A program made the position numbers and the translations under genes. The notes beneath the pieces were generated by a model. That model worked only from the letters and a program-made list of their open reading frames with translations. It was not told the origin of the DNA and searched no databases. This document shows, piece by piece, positions 1 through 11,905 of a DNA stretch of 64,000 nt; position 1 is the stretch's first letter, and the number at the start of each line of letters is the position of its first letter. Source of the stretch: Podarcis liolepis (lineage: Eukaryota); the NCBI GenBank assembly GCA_965112155.1, contig OZ218103.1. The stretch is one strand, 5' to 3'.

Positions 1-388
1 GGCATTATCAGAAGGCAGCTGCGCAGTTCCATTTCTACAGTACCATGCCAGCAGAATTTATTTTTAATTTGTTTGTTTTTTAAATAAAAAAAGAATATAA
101 TTAAATCAATTTTACCCCAACCCTGTTTACATGCAGATTTCACAGCAAACCTCTCTGCTAATCTGACAGTGCTTGATAATTAATCTTGTTCACCCAGATG
201 CTGCCACAAGATTATAGAGGGGGGAAGTACATCACAAGGCACAGAAGCTGAGGGTGTGTGTGTGTGTCTGTGTGTGTGTTGTGAAACCGAGGGGGAGAAA
301 GGGGGGAAAATAGGTTCCTGTGTTCTCCAGGGGTATTGTGTCAGGAGATGCAAGCAAGCTACCATGTGACGAGATAGAAAGCTAGAGG

Positions 389-396
389 GATTGGCT
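389..396 (-). promoter_or_regulatory. Candidate CCAAT (NF-Y) box in the SGIP1 proximal promoter
   Basis: GATTGGCT (AGCCAATC on the - strand), about 90 nt upstream of the inferred 5'UTR; motif match only. Confidence 0.35.
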
Positions 397-442
397 GAGA
401 TACTAGCAGGCGTGTGAGCTAAGCCAGCTCCCTCCACCCCTC

Positions 443-446
<4 letters not shown>

Positions 447-484
<38 letters not shown>
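447..484. repeat. (TC)n microsatellite at the promoter/5'UTR boundary
   Basis: Seen directly. Confidence 0.95.
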
Positions 485-489
<5 letters not shown>

Positions 490-723
490 CCTTCTGTGAG
501 CCTGTAGGTGATACAGCTACAGCAGCATCCATGGCCTATCTTTTGCCTTAGCACACTCTCATTCTGTTTTTTCCTCCGCATTTTATTTTCTTCTGGCTGC
601 TGCACCAATCATGTATCTAAGACACTGGTTTTAAGGGCTTACATTAAGCATCTGATAACTGGAATCGTAATTTCCTGTATTTTTTCAGGCTCTGTGGAAA
701 CTGAGGAATGCAATTCTGCCACC

Positions 724-733
724 ATGATGGAAG
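724..733 (+). CDS. SGIP1: SGIP1 coding exon 1 (MME + G)
   Basis: GCCACC Kozak, then ATG ATG GAA G|gtaggt donor; phase matches exon 2. Confidence 0.95.
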
Positions 734-3172
734 GTAGGTTCTGCTCTGATTATGCCTTAACATTTTTAGCGCTGTGTGTTACAGCAGTGCTTGGAGGGCA
801 AAACTGTTGATGCCTTAGATGGGTATCATCTATAGAACATTCTGGGTGCAGGATTAAAAATATGAAAAGCCGAACTTCCGTGGTACAAATAACTGACTTG
901 CCAGATACCATCTCTAGTGATCAAATTCTCAGTTCTGTTGATGCAGTTGTGGTTATGGACATTTTTTTTATTCATGCAGATCTTCTCAGGGTAGAAGAAA
1001 ATCCAGCAGTTAGTGACACATTGAAATATTCTGTGCAAATAAAGAGAACTGGAGAAACATTTGCATAGCAAATATGGAAGATGGGAGTATTTTATTGTAT
1101 TGCATTAAGAATGGTGTGTTGAATACTCTGTAGAAAAATCACTGACACTTTTTGTGCATGTTTGGGGGGGTGGGGGGAGAAAAGGGTTGCATAAAACATT
1201 TCCAGGTTAGATTCACTTGATCTTTTATTGGAGAAGGAATCTATTTTGTTCTGTAGTTATTACTTTTTTAGACATACATCTGAAATAATTAGAAGGATGC
1301 AGATATATTCAAGCATAAGAAAAGAAGGATACTTTTGGGTTTTCCCATTATTGTAGTATTTGTGTTTGGAGGCCATAACATAGCAATCCTCCAGCCCTTT
1401 AATTTGCAGCAGTTGTGGCCATAGAATGTTAGGCTCTTTTAGCTTAGAGCTTTGCTATAGGGAAATGTATGTGACTTTATGTAAAACAACATGGCCCACT
1501 AAGTACCACAGGGCTCATGCTGGTATAGTGAATCATGTACATATAAGCATGTATGGTTGAAATATGGAACATAATTCAGTTTGACAGGTCTCTTGCAAGA
1601 GGGCTTTATCTTTCCGAGGTGGAAATATTGCAAACCTCTAGAATACTATTTTTTGCTTCACCAATTCTGAGCTCTTGAGGGAAAGGAATCCACCCTGGGA
1701 TGTTGAACTAAGATAAAATTCTTAATTGTTCTACGGTTTCTGAGATGATGACAAAATTAGTAATGAGGTTAAAGGCATTCTGGTATACTGAGACTGCATT
1801 TTTGTGGCTTTCATACCACAACATGCTGCAGAGATACTAGCTTTTGTAAAAATGTTCCATACAGTTTTGCATCCAATACAAATATAATAGTCTGAAGCAG
1901 TAGGCAGCTCAAAGGGGGAAACTGCATTTATCCTGCATATTCAGTAAAGATTGATGATTTCACAGCTAAACGTTTATTTGCCTGCCATTTCCCCTACCAT
2001 CACTGTAAGGTGTCTAACTATGGATGTCATCCCATATCACAGCCTTTTCTTGACTATGACAAATTGCATAAAGCCTTTTCTGTAGCAAGAAATGCAGTCT
2101 ATACAGCTGAAGAACCAGTATAAATTTAAATGATTTGCAGTTTGTGGCCTATGTCTTTCTTTAAAAATAATAATAAATTACCTAAATTGCAATATGAATT
2201 AATACAGTCAAATAGAAACCAAACTCAGTTTTTAGTCTGTTGAGATTTTTAACAATTTAAGCATGCTGTTTGAAGATCATATCACAGTAAGACACAGCTT
2301 TGATTCCCTGCCTCCCCCTTTCCTGCTATATATTGCACTGTCACGTGTTGAGTTCAGTGCATATTATTAAGCTTTATGAAAGTTCTGTTTAATTTAAATA
2401 TGAATTAAACAAACACATGTACAGTGAGTTTATTGCCTGTAATATCATAAATTTGTAGGTACCCATGAGACACATTGCAGGCATTTCTTGGAGATGACAA
2501 AATAATACCATTTTAGGTTTTTTGCAATGAGAGGAAGCTACACATAGAGAGAGATAGCATACTTGTTGGAGTGGCCTAAGTCAACTAGTTACTAGCCTTT
2601 TTAATTAGCATAATGCTTTCAGGAGCTGTAAACAAATGAGAACTGAAAGGTAAAATCATTCTTTTATTAACATAATTATGAAATACCTGAATTTTCAAAT
2701 GCTGTTAAGCTGATATTTGGACTGGAGAATAGTGAACTCCTGTTGAAGCAAATCAAAACAATTTAAATCTTTCCCAAAGTTTCTTTTTCAGATAAGCATC
2801 CAAATTGTGTGAACAGACATGAGCGTCCTTTTTTAATGTTTGTTATATTTGATTTTTTTAAAAAAATACCACTTGTTATTTAATCTGTTCCACAAATTAT
2901 GTTTAAAATGTGCAAGATAATGTGTGCTGTTTCAAAGTAACACACACACACACAGACATATAGAGGAACATACACGTGGAACCAATGGTATTGAGACCAA
3001 GAAATTAATCTGCTCATTCTTTAACCTCTTTCACAGAGGAATATATTGGATCATAATGGGGGGCCGGGGTCAAAGAAGAGAAAGATGCTGATGGAGCCAA
3101 CTTAATTATGACTTACAGCCCAATCCTGTGCATGTTGACTTAAAAACTTGGTTCCCTTTAGTTCAATGTGCA

Positions 3173-3310
3173 CAGTGGCGTAGCGTGGGTTGTCAGCACC
3201 CGGGGCAAGGCAAGTAATTTGTGCCCCCAACCCGTGGATTTGCGCCCCCTAACCCTAACCCCCAGATGTTGCGGCCGGCCCCCCCCTGCACCCCCCACGC
3301 TACTCCACTG
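3173..3310. mobile_element. hAT-type MITE (138 bp)
   Basis: 17-bp TIRs CAGTGGCGTAGCGTGGG / CAGTGGAGTAGCGTGGG; perfect 8-bp TSD AATGTGCA at 3165-3172 and 3311-3318. Confidence 0.9.
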
Positions 3311-5505
3311 AATGTGCATAGGGTTGCTGTGGAACTCCCTTCCCTGGGAGTGTATAAGCATCAGTGTTTGGTCTCCAGCCTCCTAGAAAGCTTCAAGCCT
3401 TCTCTGCTTAGGTATATTTCTCTGAAGGCCTGTTTACCGTAGGAGTTTGATGATATTTTAAAAAAATCTAATGTTTTGTGGTGGTTATGTTCTGGGACTT
3501 GTATCCTAACTAGGTTGCTCTGAATGGAAGGGCTCCTTCCATGTTGGATTAGGATCTGAGAGACCAGGTAAAATTGGAAGGAAGAAAGGTAAAATGGAAA
3601 GGAAGGCCGGGTCTGTGGAGCATGGCCAACAGTTGTTGAGCTGAGATGTAATATATTGGTTGAAATAACTAACTAATTGAAATAAATAACAAATTGGCTG
3701 CAAGGCATGAGGCCACCTCTTTCCACCCACGTGCCAAAATTTAAAGACAAAATAATTGTCTTACTGTGTTTTATATGCATATTGTATTTCAAACAACTTT
3801 GACCAGATCTGAAAATTATCACATTAAAAACAGACTGTTGATCCATCTTGTGCCTAAACATGAGCTGGATTTCTGTTCTGCTCCTCTAACGTCAGCAGAT
3901 CTGTTTTATAATCACAGTAATTCTTATTCCCAAGAGCAGTAGTATATGGTGCCTCTTTTGAGCTGGCTAGGGTAAACCTGTACTGTTGGAAAATCATTTG
4001 GGCTAATGCACACTCCCAATACTGGATTTGTTTGGGCTTTGGGGGAAATGCAGTATGAATGAAGAAAGAGGAAATGTATAACTAGGCTAAAGGCCTAAGA
4101 AAGCTCAGCAAAAGTTGGAAATTCCATTATCATAGATACTGATATTTGCAGACATTTTAAAACATAGCTGATTCAAGTTGAAGCTGCATGCAGATACCAT
4201 ATAGACAGGTGCTCTTTGCTTTATTGTATATAGATTGTGCAGTCTGGGCCTACATGCATTGATCACTAAGCAGATGCATTCCCATGTAAACAGTGTCCAG
4301 TCTGTGGACTGCAGGTGCATGTGTGGGGTGTTGGAATAGCCAGCCCAATCCTAAATGTCTGCCGTGTATTTAATATTCTTTATTTAAATATTTCCACTCC
4401 CCTTCAGCAGAGCTTCTAGGGCAAACTGATACAAGTCAAATAAAGCATAAACAACAAACTTTTAAAAAAAAACATTAATATTGTTAAATGAAAACATTGT
4501 TGCCTGGCACCTGGTGATAAGAGAGGTATAGTCTAAAGCATTTGTGAATGAACAGCTTCCGTGGTCAAATAACTGGAAACTTTAATTTTATGGAAGCTGA
4601 ATATAAATGGACACCCACACTCATTAAGGATCCCCTCCCAGATAATTAGAGGTTCAAACAGAATTTTTGTCTCAGTCTGTACTTGTTTGGTAGAATAAAT
4701 CTACTTTCGAGTTAACTCCTTTTTACTTATTTTGACAGTTTAAATTTTTAAAGATGGCAAAAATCTTATGTTTCCATCAGGCCTAAAATGACTACTGTAT
4801 CTTAGGCAACTGTAATGCATCAGTAACAATTGTTTGTCCTTCAGGCAAGATAGCATTGTGCAAATGTAAAGCTTGGAGCATTGCAGCTTGACAGCATACA
4901 TTCCAAATAGGCAGCATACTTTCTTGTTCTATATTCTGTGCTACAGACAAATGGCAGAACTATTCTACCACCTTTTCTAGTTCCTCTGCTTTTGAGTGCT
5001 AAATCTTGTTAAAAATTGAAATATTGGCAGATATCCCCCTTTTTAGTGGTTTTCTTGGATTCTTGATGATGAAAGTTGATAGATGTTGTTTGCACTTAGC
5101 ATTTACAGTACTTTTAAACATGTTCATTACATTACAGTCATTCTCCAATTTCTCTTCACAACAATCCTGTGGGCTAGGCCACATGTATTCCCTGCGGCTG
5201 ATCAGGAAAACTATAAAACTGCAATTTGCCTAAAGCCAGGCACTAAGTCCATGGCTGAGTGGGATTCAAGGGCTCCCATGGCACCCAAACATAGAACACA
5301 AGAAGAGCCCTGCTAAATGAGACCAAAGGCCACCTGTTCAGACCCCTTAAGCGCATATTTGAAGTTAGGCTGTCTTACCCAATGTGCATCACTGTACCAT
5401 ACTGTTCTTCATCGTTTTGCTGCAGTGGCCTAAAATTAGCTCAGACGTTTTTATATTCTGTTCATGGGCTACTAGAATGAATCCATGAGTATTATAGCTT
5501 GAAGA

Positions 5506-5950
5506 TTGTTGTTGTTTAGTCATTTAGTCGTGTCGTGACCCCATGGACCAAAGCACACCAGGCACTCCTGTCTTCCACTGCCTCCCGCAGTTTGGTCAAA
5601 CTCATGCTGTTAGCTTCGAGAACACTGTCTAACCATCTTGTCCTCTGTCGTCTCCTTCTCCTTGTGCCCTCCATCTTTCCCAACGTCAGGGTCTTTTCCA
5701 GGGAGTCTTCTCTTCTCATGAGGTGGCCAAAGTATTGGAGCCTCAGCTTCACGATATGTCCTTCCAGTGAGCACTCAGGGCTGATTTCCTTAAGAATGGA
5801 TAGGTTTGATCTTCTTGCTGTCCATGGGATCTCCAGAGTCTCCTCCACCACCATAATTCAAAAGCATCAATTCTTTGGCGATCAGCCTTCTTTATGGTCC
5901 AGCTCTCACTTCCATACATCACTACTGGGGAAACCATAGCTTTAACTATA
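5506..5950 (-). mobile_element. BovB (RTE clade) LINE, 3' end fragment
   Basis: Minus-strand frames read VVMYGSESWTIKKADRQRIDAFELW and LEIPWTARRSNLSILKEISPECSLEG...LQYFGHLMRREDSLEK..., the BovB ORF C-terminus; short (CAA)n tail. Confidence 0.93.
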
Positions 5951-7197
5951 TTAATAGCAGTAATTTTTAATATAATTTGTCTTACCGGAAAACAGGCAAA
6001 GGGGTATTCGTTGCAAAGCATCTTTATACAACATATTATAGAGCCAGTCAACACTATTTCCCCTTCCTCACCTTTCAGCGCAGGATGTTGAGATATGCAA
6101 GAACTAGAAATACTGTTCTAGGGCCACCTGCAGCATCATTGACTCTTGTGCACTCAACAATCGGTCCCTTGCATAGTGTTCCTCTTTTGTTTTGACCTAT
6201 CCAGGTGAGTCACTCTCTCATAGATGCTTCCAAAATCTACACAAGGAAACACAGCATAATGAGTGACCAATCAGCACCTAGCTGCCCTAACTTTGTGTTT
6301 TGAATATGCAGGACTTAAAAAAACAATCCCACAGGAAGTGAAAAGGTGAGGAACAACCTTCCATTTCATTTCAATAGTCAAAGACTTTTGGACTTAGTTT
6401 GAATTATATTGCTTTTCAATAGTATTTAGCAAGACTATCCACCTCTGTGATGGCTTATTCTAAGCTGTATTTATTGTTTGCTCAGAGCTAGTCTTTTAGT
6501 CTGTGGGGAAAACCTATGTGTCTTGTCCAGCTGTATATGGCACATAGCCAAACTTACGTTCAGTCAAATACATGTAGGGGGGGAAATAGACTTCCAGATG
6601 TTAATCAGTTTGAGCTAATGTGCTTCTTGTATCATTTTTAGAAGTGTTTTAATTTTTATGAATCCCTGTTTACTATTGTGTACTTGGAACTAAAATTTTG
6701 ATATTATCACCCACCCACCCTCCAAGCGTGTGTGCGCTAAATTATTTTCTATTTAATATACCTTACCTCATAACCTCTTGTTTCTTATTTGGGTGATCAG
6801 TACTAATATGCTGTATTCTGGTGCTCCCCTGTTTAGAACTTCCCCGCAAAGTGTGAAACCCTGGAATGGCAGGGCAATGGGAGTGGGTTTCCACTCTCCG
6901 CATACTGTGTTAGTTGTGTATGGGGCTAATACCTGCATACAGCTATAGTGTTTGTTGTATTCCTTCTGGAAATAATGAGAGCAGTCCAACTAAAGTTGAG
7001 CACCTATACATCCCATTTATTTTGGTGAGAGAATCAAGCCTATGAATAAGCATCTTCAGTTAATGCTAGCTTGATTTAACTGCTCTCTTCACTTTGGCTA
7101 AGCTGGGTCAATAGTTCTAGTATTTCCCTACAATTATCTTAGTACTTGAGAGTGCACATTATATAGGAGATTAATGGTTTGCTGGTGAGCAGTACAC

Positions 7198-7332
7198 CAG
7201 AGGTGGTGAACCTGTGACCTAGGTACTGTTAGACCGCAGCTCAAATCAGCCCCAACCAGCTTGGCCGACTGTCATAGATGATGGGAACTGTAGTCCAGAA
7301 ACATCTGGAAGGCCAAAGGTTCTCCACACCTG
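7198..7332. mobile_element. Degenerate squamate hAT-derived MITE
   Basis: Imperfect TIRs CAGAGGTGGTGAACCT / AGGTTCTCCACACCTG and internal GATGATGGGAACTGTAGTCC...CATCTGG; related copies near 21350-21440, 21950-22055, 42854-42950 and 48600-48712. Confidence 0.6.
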
Positions 7333-8029
7333 CAAAAAACCAAATATCCACAGTCAAATACAGAAGTGATGCTTCTTGCATTTACTCAGTACACACTTGT
7401 AGTGGTGCGTGAAAGAGTTGAGTGTCCCTTTACCAGCTTATTCTGTATTTATTCCAACATTCTTCACCCAAGATATTATTTAGTATTATTTATTAAATTT
7501 ATATACCACCCATTTCACTGGCTAACTCTTCTGTGTTATAAAACTAGGCACAGTGAATTGAACTTTTAAAATAACCTTCTGGTTATTTAACATAGTTAAT
7601 AAGGGGTTTTTTTCTTTCATACCGAGTTGTACATATTCACCTGAAAATCTCTAAGCAAAGCTCAAGTATTTAAGGGGGGGGCAGGGAACAACCTACCTAT
7701 GTCTTGATGTCCAGGAAGACTGTGATGCAAACCCATTGCTGTGAGAGGGAAAATGAGGTTAAATTATAGGTCATGTGTGAAGATGTTTATGCAAATCTGT
7801 TTTCTTGTATCTATATAAGGAGTCCAGGAGACAGTTAAAACTGCAACTAGGCCAAAGTGTTTCTGCTACTGTGAAGGAGTGGGTGGAATTCAATCCATTG
7901 CAGCCAGCGTACTTACCTATATGTCATGACACAGCAGCATTCCAGTGGGCATTGTAGGAAACAAAAAAAGATGGCTGACCCCACTCACATGTTTAATTAT
8001 GCTTCACAGTGTACAGAAAAAGAGCCAGA

Positions 8030-8279
8030 TTACAAAGTGAAGTTTTAAGAACCATTATCATGCCGAGCCTCATCTGGATTGGGACCATGGTACGTGGGTA
8101 GAGGGGTGAGGGTTCGTCCTGCTGTCAGAGTCCCAACAAAAACCATACTCCTGCTTACAAAGTGAAGTTTTAAGAACCATTATCATGCCGAGCCTCATCT
8201 GGATTGGGACCATGGTACGTGGGTAGAGGGGTGAGGGTTCGTCCTGCTGTCAGAGTCCCAACAAAAACCATACTCCTGC
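8030..8279. repeat. Perfect tandem duplication, 2 x 125 bp
   Basis: 8030-8154 and 8155-8279 are identical by eye. Confidence 0.95.
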
Positions 8280-8445
8280 TTTGCAATTTGTCTTGGGAGA
8301 AAAATATTCTGTTTGCACTAAGTGTGGCAGAAATAGTTGCTTCATACTGTGCAGGGATATAAGGAGCCTTTGGTCATCCATATGTTGTTGGATTTAGATT
8401 TGGTGGACAGAATGCCTGAAGAACTATGGATAGAGGCTCGTAACA

Positions 8446-8992
8446 TATGGTTACCAGATTTTTTTTAATGAATCCGGGAACACTTTTTATTTTATTTTAT
8501 TTTTTTTTTGAAGCTGAGTAGCAACAGGGAGTCAGTAGTGGGGATAGTGAGGCAAAAGACCCTCGGCCCAAGCACACATGCATATTGTATAAAGGTGCAA
8601 AGGCCTTCTTTTGCACCCTGTGAAACATAAATGCGCAGAGTATTTTTAAAAAACTGGGCAACAGCACACCGCCTGTCCATGACTCCCAAGCCTTCCCTGA
8701 TCTCCTTCCCCCTTCCCCCTTTGTTTTGACAGATCAGGGTAGGCTCGGGGGTCACAGGTGGGCGGCCGTTGCCCAGGAGAGGCCAGCTTGGTAGTGCAGT
8801 TGGTTCTGGCTGGCTTCAGGAGCTGCTTGTTGCTCACTGCCGTGGCACAGGAAAAATGGTGGGCGCCACAGCAGTGAGCAGCTCCTGAAGCCAGCCAGAA
8901 CCAGCTGCTAGACTGCCGCTGCCACGTTTACCGGGGACAGATTTGCAAATCCGGGGACTGTCCCCGGAAACCGGGGACGTCTGGTAACCCTA
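8446..8992. mobile_element. Non-autonomous hAT element, Blackjack-like (547 bp)
   Basis: TIRs TATGGTTACCAGA / TAGGGTTACCAGA; subterminal CCGGGGAC repeats; 8-bp TSD TCGTAACA / TTGTAACA. Subfamily assignment is from recalled TIR similarity. Confidence 0.85.
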
Positions 8993-9377
8993 TTGTAACA
9001 TTATACAGGAGGCAGCAACGAAAACCATCCCGATGAAAAGGAAATGCAAGAAAGCAAAGTGGCTGTCCAATGAGGCCTTACAGATAGTGGGGGAGAGAAG
9101 GCGAGCAAAATGTGAGGGAGATAGTGAAAGATACAGGAAATTTAATGCAGATTTCCAAAAAATAGCAAGGAGAGACAAGAGGGCCTTCTTAAACGAGCAA
9201 GGCAAAGAAATAGAGGAAAACAACAGAATGGGAAAAACCAAAGATCTGTTCAAGAAAATTAGAGATATAAAAGGAACATTTTGTACAAAGATTACAATCA
9301 TAAAGGACAAAAGTGGAATGGACCTAACAGAAGCAGAAGACATCAAGAAGAGGTGGCAAGAATACACAGAGGAATTA

Positions 9378-10178
9378 CCGTAATTTTCGCTCCATAACAC
9401 AGTTTTTTCCTCCTAGAAAGTAAGGGGAAATGTCTGTGCATGTTATGGAGCGAATGCCAGCCTAGCCGGGAGGAGGGAGAGAAGCAGAGCGGGGTTGGCT
9501 GCTTTAAAACAACCCCGTGCTCTCCGTCCCTGCCTGCAGTTTTTTGCTGTCCGATTTTGGATTAGCCACTGTAGGGGCTGTGTGTGCGCGCGCTTGAGCT
9601 ATCGTTCTCCTCCTCCTGCTTCCCGTTCACTCTCCCAGCACCCCTGCGCTCTTCTGCAACTTTAGGATTGATACTCTGTGTCTCTCTCTCTCTGTGTGTG
9701 TGAGCTATCGTTCTCCTCCTCCTGCTTCCCGTTCACTCTCCCAGCGCCCTGCGACTTTAGGATTGATACTCTGTGTGTCTGTGTGTGTGTGAGGCATCGT
9801 TCTCCTCCTCCTGCTTCCCGTTCACTCTCCCACCGCCCCTGCGCTCTCCTGCGACTTTAGGATGATACTCTCTCTCTGTGTGTGTGTGTGTGTGTATGTG
9901 TGTGTGTGTGTGAGGCATCGTTCTCCTCTTGCTTCCCGTTCACTCCCCCAGCGCTCCTGCGACTTTAGGGCGACTTTAGCATGGATCCACATGGATCCTC
10001 AGGATTTTTGCATTGGGCTATCCCAAACTCACCGTCAAATCACATGTCTGTGGCCACAGCATGAACCACAAAAATCATACAACCACTGTTTCGTTTAGAA
10101 TATTTTTTTCTTGTTTTCCTCCTCTAAAAACTATGTGCATGTTATGGTCTGGTGTGTGTTATAGAGCGAAAAATACGG
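9378..10178. mobile_element. Non-autonomous Tc1/mariner (Tc2/pogo-like) element (801 bp)
   Basis: 23-bp TIRs CCGTAATTTTCGCTCCATAACAC / CCGTATTTTTCGCTCTATAACAC; TA duplication at 9376-9377 and 10179-10180. Confidence 0.9.
9595..9970. repeat. Minisatellite inside the Tc1/mariner element (4 units of about 90-120 bp)
   Basis: Repeated ATCGTTCTCCTCCTCCTGCTTCCCGTTCACTCTCCCAG...GACTTTAGG, units separated by (TC)/(TG) runs. Confidence 0.85.
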
Positions 10179-10529
10179 TATACCGGAAAGATATGGGGGT
10201 CTTGTACACCCCAGGTAGTGTGGTTGCTGGCCTTGAGCCAGACATTCTGGAGAGTGAAGTCAAATGGGCCTTAGAAAGCATTGCTAATAACAAGGCCAGT
10301 GGAAGCGATGATATTCCAGCTGAACTAGTTAAAATTTTAAAAGATGATGTTGTTAAGGTGCTACACTCAATATGCCAGCAAGTTTGGAGAACTCAGCAAT
10401 GGCCGGAGGATTGGAGAAGATCAGTCTACATCCCAATCCCAAAGAAGGGCAGTGCCAAAGAATGCTCCAACTACCGCACAATTGCACTCATTTCACACGC
10501 TAGCAAGGTTATGCAGGTGTCTTTTAATT

Positions 10530-10765
10530 TCGTTGCTCCTGCCAATCTAGCAAAGTGCAAGTAGATAAATAGGTACCGCTCCAGCGGAAAGGTAAACGGC
10601 ATTTCTGTGTGCTGCTTTGGTTCGCCAGAAGCTGCTTAGTCATGCTGGTCACATGACCTGGAAGAGGTACGCCGGTTCCCTTGGCCAATAAAGCGAGATG
10701 AGCGCCGCAGCCCCAGAGTCAGCCACGACTGGACCTAATGGTCAGGGGTCCCTTTACCTTTACCT
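10530..10765 (+). mobile_element. Sauria SINE (lacertid type), 5'-truncated
   Basis: GCAAGTAGATAAATAGGTACCGCT...GTCATGCTGGTCACATGACC...GGTCAGGGGTCCC followed by an (ACCTTT)n tail. Confidence 0.88.
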
Positions 10766-11691
10766 AATCCTCCCTCAGTTACTTTGATTCCTGGTCGCTT
10801 CCCCCAAACTAGTTTCAGAGTGCCTGCTCTCTCTCTTCCCCCACCCACTACTTCCTTCCTTTCAGATCCCTTCTCTGGAGCTTTTGGCTGAGCCCTCTTA
10901 GTCCTCCAATACTGTCTCTAAGCTTCAGTTTAAGGAACTTCATTTGTACTTACTCTTCTTCTTATTTCCCCTTCTCTGTCTTCAGCTGTCTCCCCAATTG
11001 GGGATACTGTAAAGCACCATGTACATTAAAGTGGGTCTGTAGAGATTTTTGTTCTTTTACCTGATATGCTGTTGAGTAAGCTGGTTTGTGCTTTCTCTCC
11101 CTGTGTTCTGGTGTTGTGCTGCATCAAGCAGGAAATATGTGCCCTCATTCGTTCATTTATTTTGGTCGTTTACTGCAGATTCTTGGGGCAATTCACATTT
11201 TATCGCTTGAATAATCATTTTGTCATGTTTTATCATTAAGAAGTCTCCTTCTGCCTGTATTGGCCTCTGGGGTCATGAGGAGTGCACAAGGTAAGGTGAA
11301 TGCTGGAAGTGTTTTCCAGCCATGGTTGCTTGTATTGGCAGCCAGTAGAATGGAGTCTGCTCTGCTTCTCCAGTGGACCATGGCGAGACTTGATTCTGTG
11401 CATTCTATTACTAAGCAAGTATCTAACTGGGCCTCAGAAGATAGGCAAATCTAGAGCAGAGGTCAATATTTTCCTACTTGCTAAGGCCAAACTAGAATTG
11501 CTCAGAGGATGTTTGGAATCAAGCTTCTCTTTGTCTGTAATCCTTGTTGGCTCCAGGTTTAGGAGAGCCCTTGGGCAATAACTCCCATAGTCCTTTCAAC
11601 ACCATGAGTCTCTTTCTCACTGCAGCAGCTCCAGGGAGCTCTTATCATCAGGTCCCTTGTGGGGGGTGACCCCCTTGACACATGCCTATGC

Positions 11692-11905
11692 CATACCCGC
11701 CAACATTTCTTTGATGAAAACGGGTGTCTCATTCCATAATGATAATTTTACCATTTATACCCCACACATCTTACTGGGTTGCCCCAGTCACTCTCGGCAG
11801 CTTCCAGCATATAACTCCATGCCCCCAACATTTCTCCAATGAAAATAGGGACATCCTAAGGAATCATCCTAAGGGACATCCTGGAAATTAGGAAATTAGG
11901 GACAC
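11692..11905 (-). mobile_element. Truncated inverted copy of the composite TIR element at 30071-30396
   Basis: Reverse-complement similarity: doubled terminus CATACCC/CATGCCC..CAACATTTCT..ATGAAAA around CTGGGTTGCCCCAGTCACTCT. Confidence 0.75.

Larger units (their letters stand above)
8390..10515 (+). mobile_element. BovB (RTE) LINE internal fragment, split by two DNA transposon insertions
   Basis: Pieces ~8390-8445, 8993-9377 and 10179-10515 rejoin to KKAKWLSNEALQI...KKRWQEYTEELYRKD...EPDILESEVKWALES...WPEDWRRSVYIPIPKKGSAKECSNYRTIALISHASKVM (RTE linker and start of RT). Confidence 0.95.

Noticed and set aside
508-810. 100-aa ORF running through the SGIP1 start (...SATMMEGRF...)
   Set aside because: It is 5'UTR plus exon 1 plus intron read-through from a GTG; the real start is the Kozak ATG at 724 and the exon ends at 733
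862-1068. 68-aa ATG ORF at the start of intron 1
   Set aside because: No recognisable homology or exon structure; this length is expected by chance
9595-9970. Regularly spaced repeats that superficially resemble a CRISPR array
   Set aside because: Eukaryotic intron; the spacers are microsatellite, not unique; no cas genes; it lies inside a TIR element
5506-10515. Idea that the opposite-strand BovB pieces are one 5'-inverted insertion
   Set aside because: They are separated by about 2.4 kb of unrelated sequence and I found no shared TSD; independent insertions are simpler
10013-10564. 183-aa ORF
   Set aside because: Chimera of the Tc1/mariner right end, BovB RT and SINE sequence; not a gene
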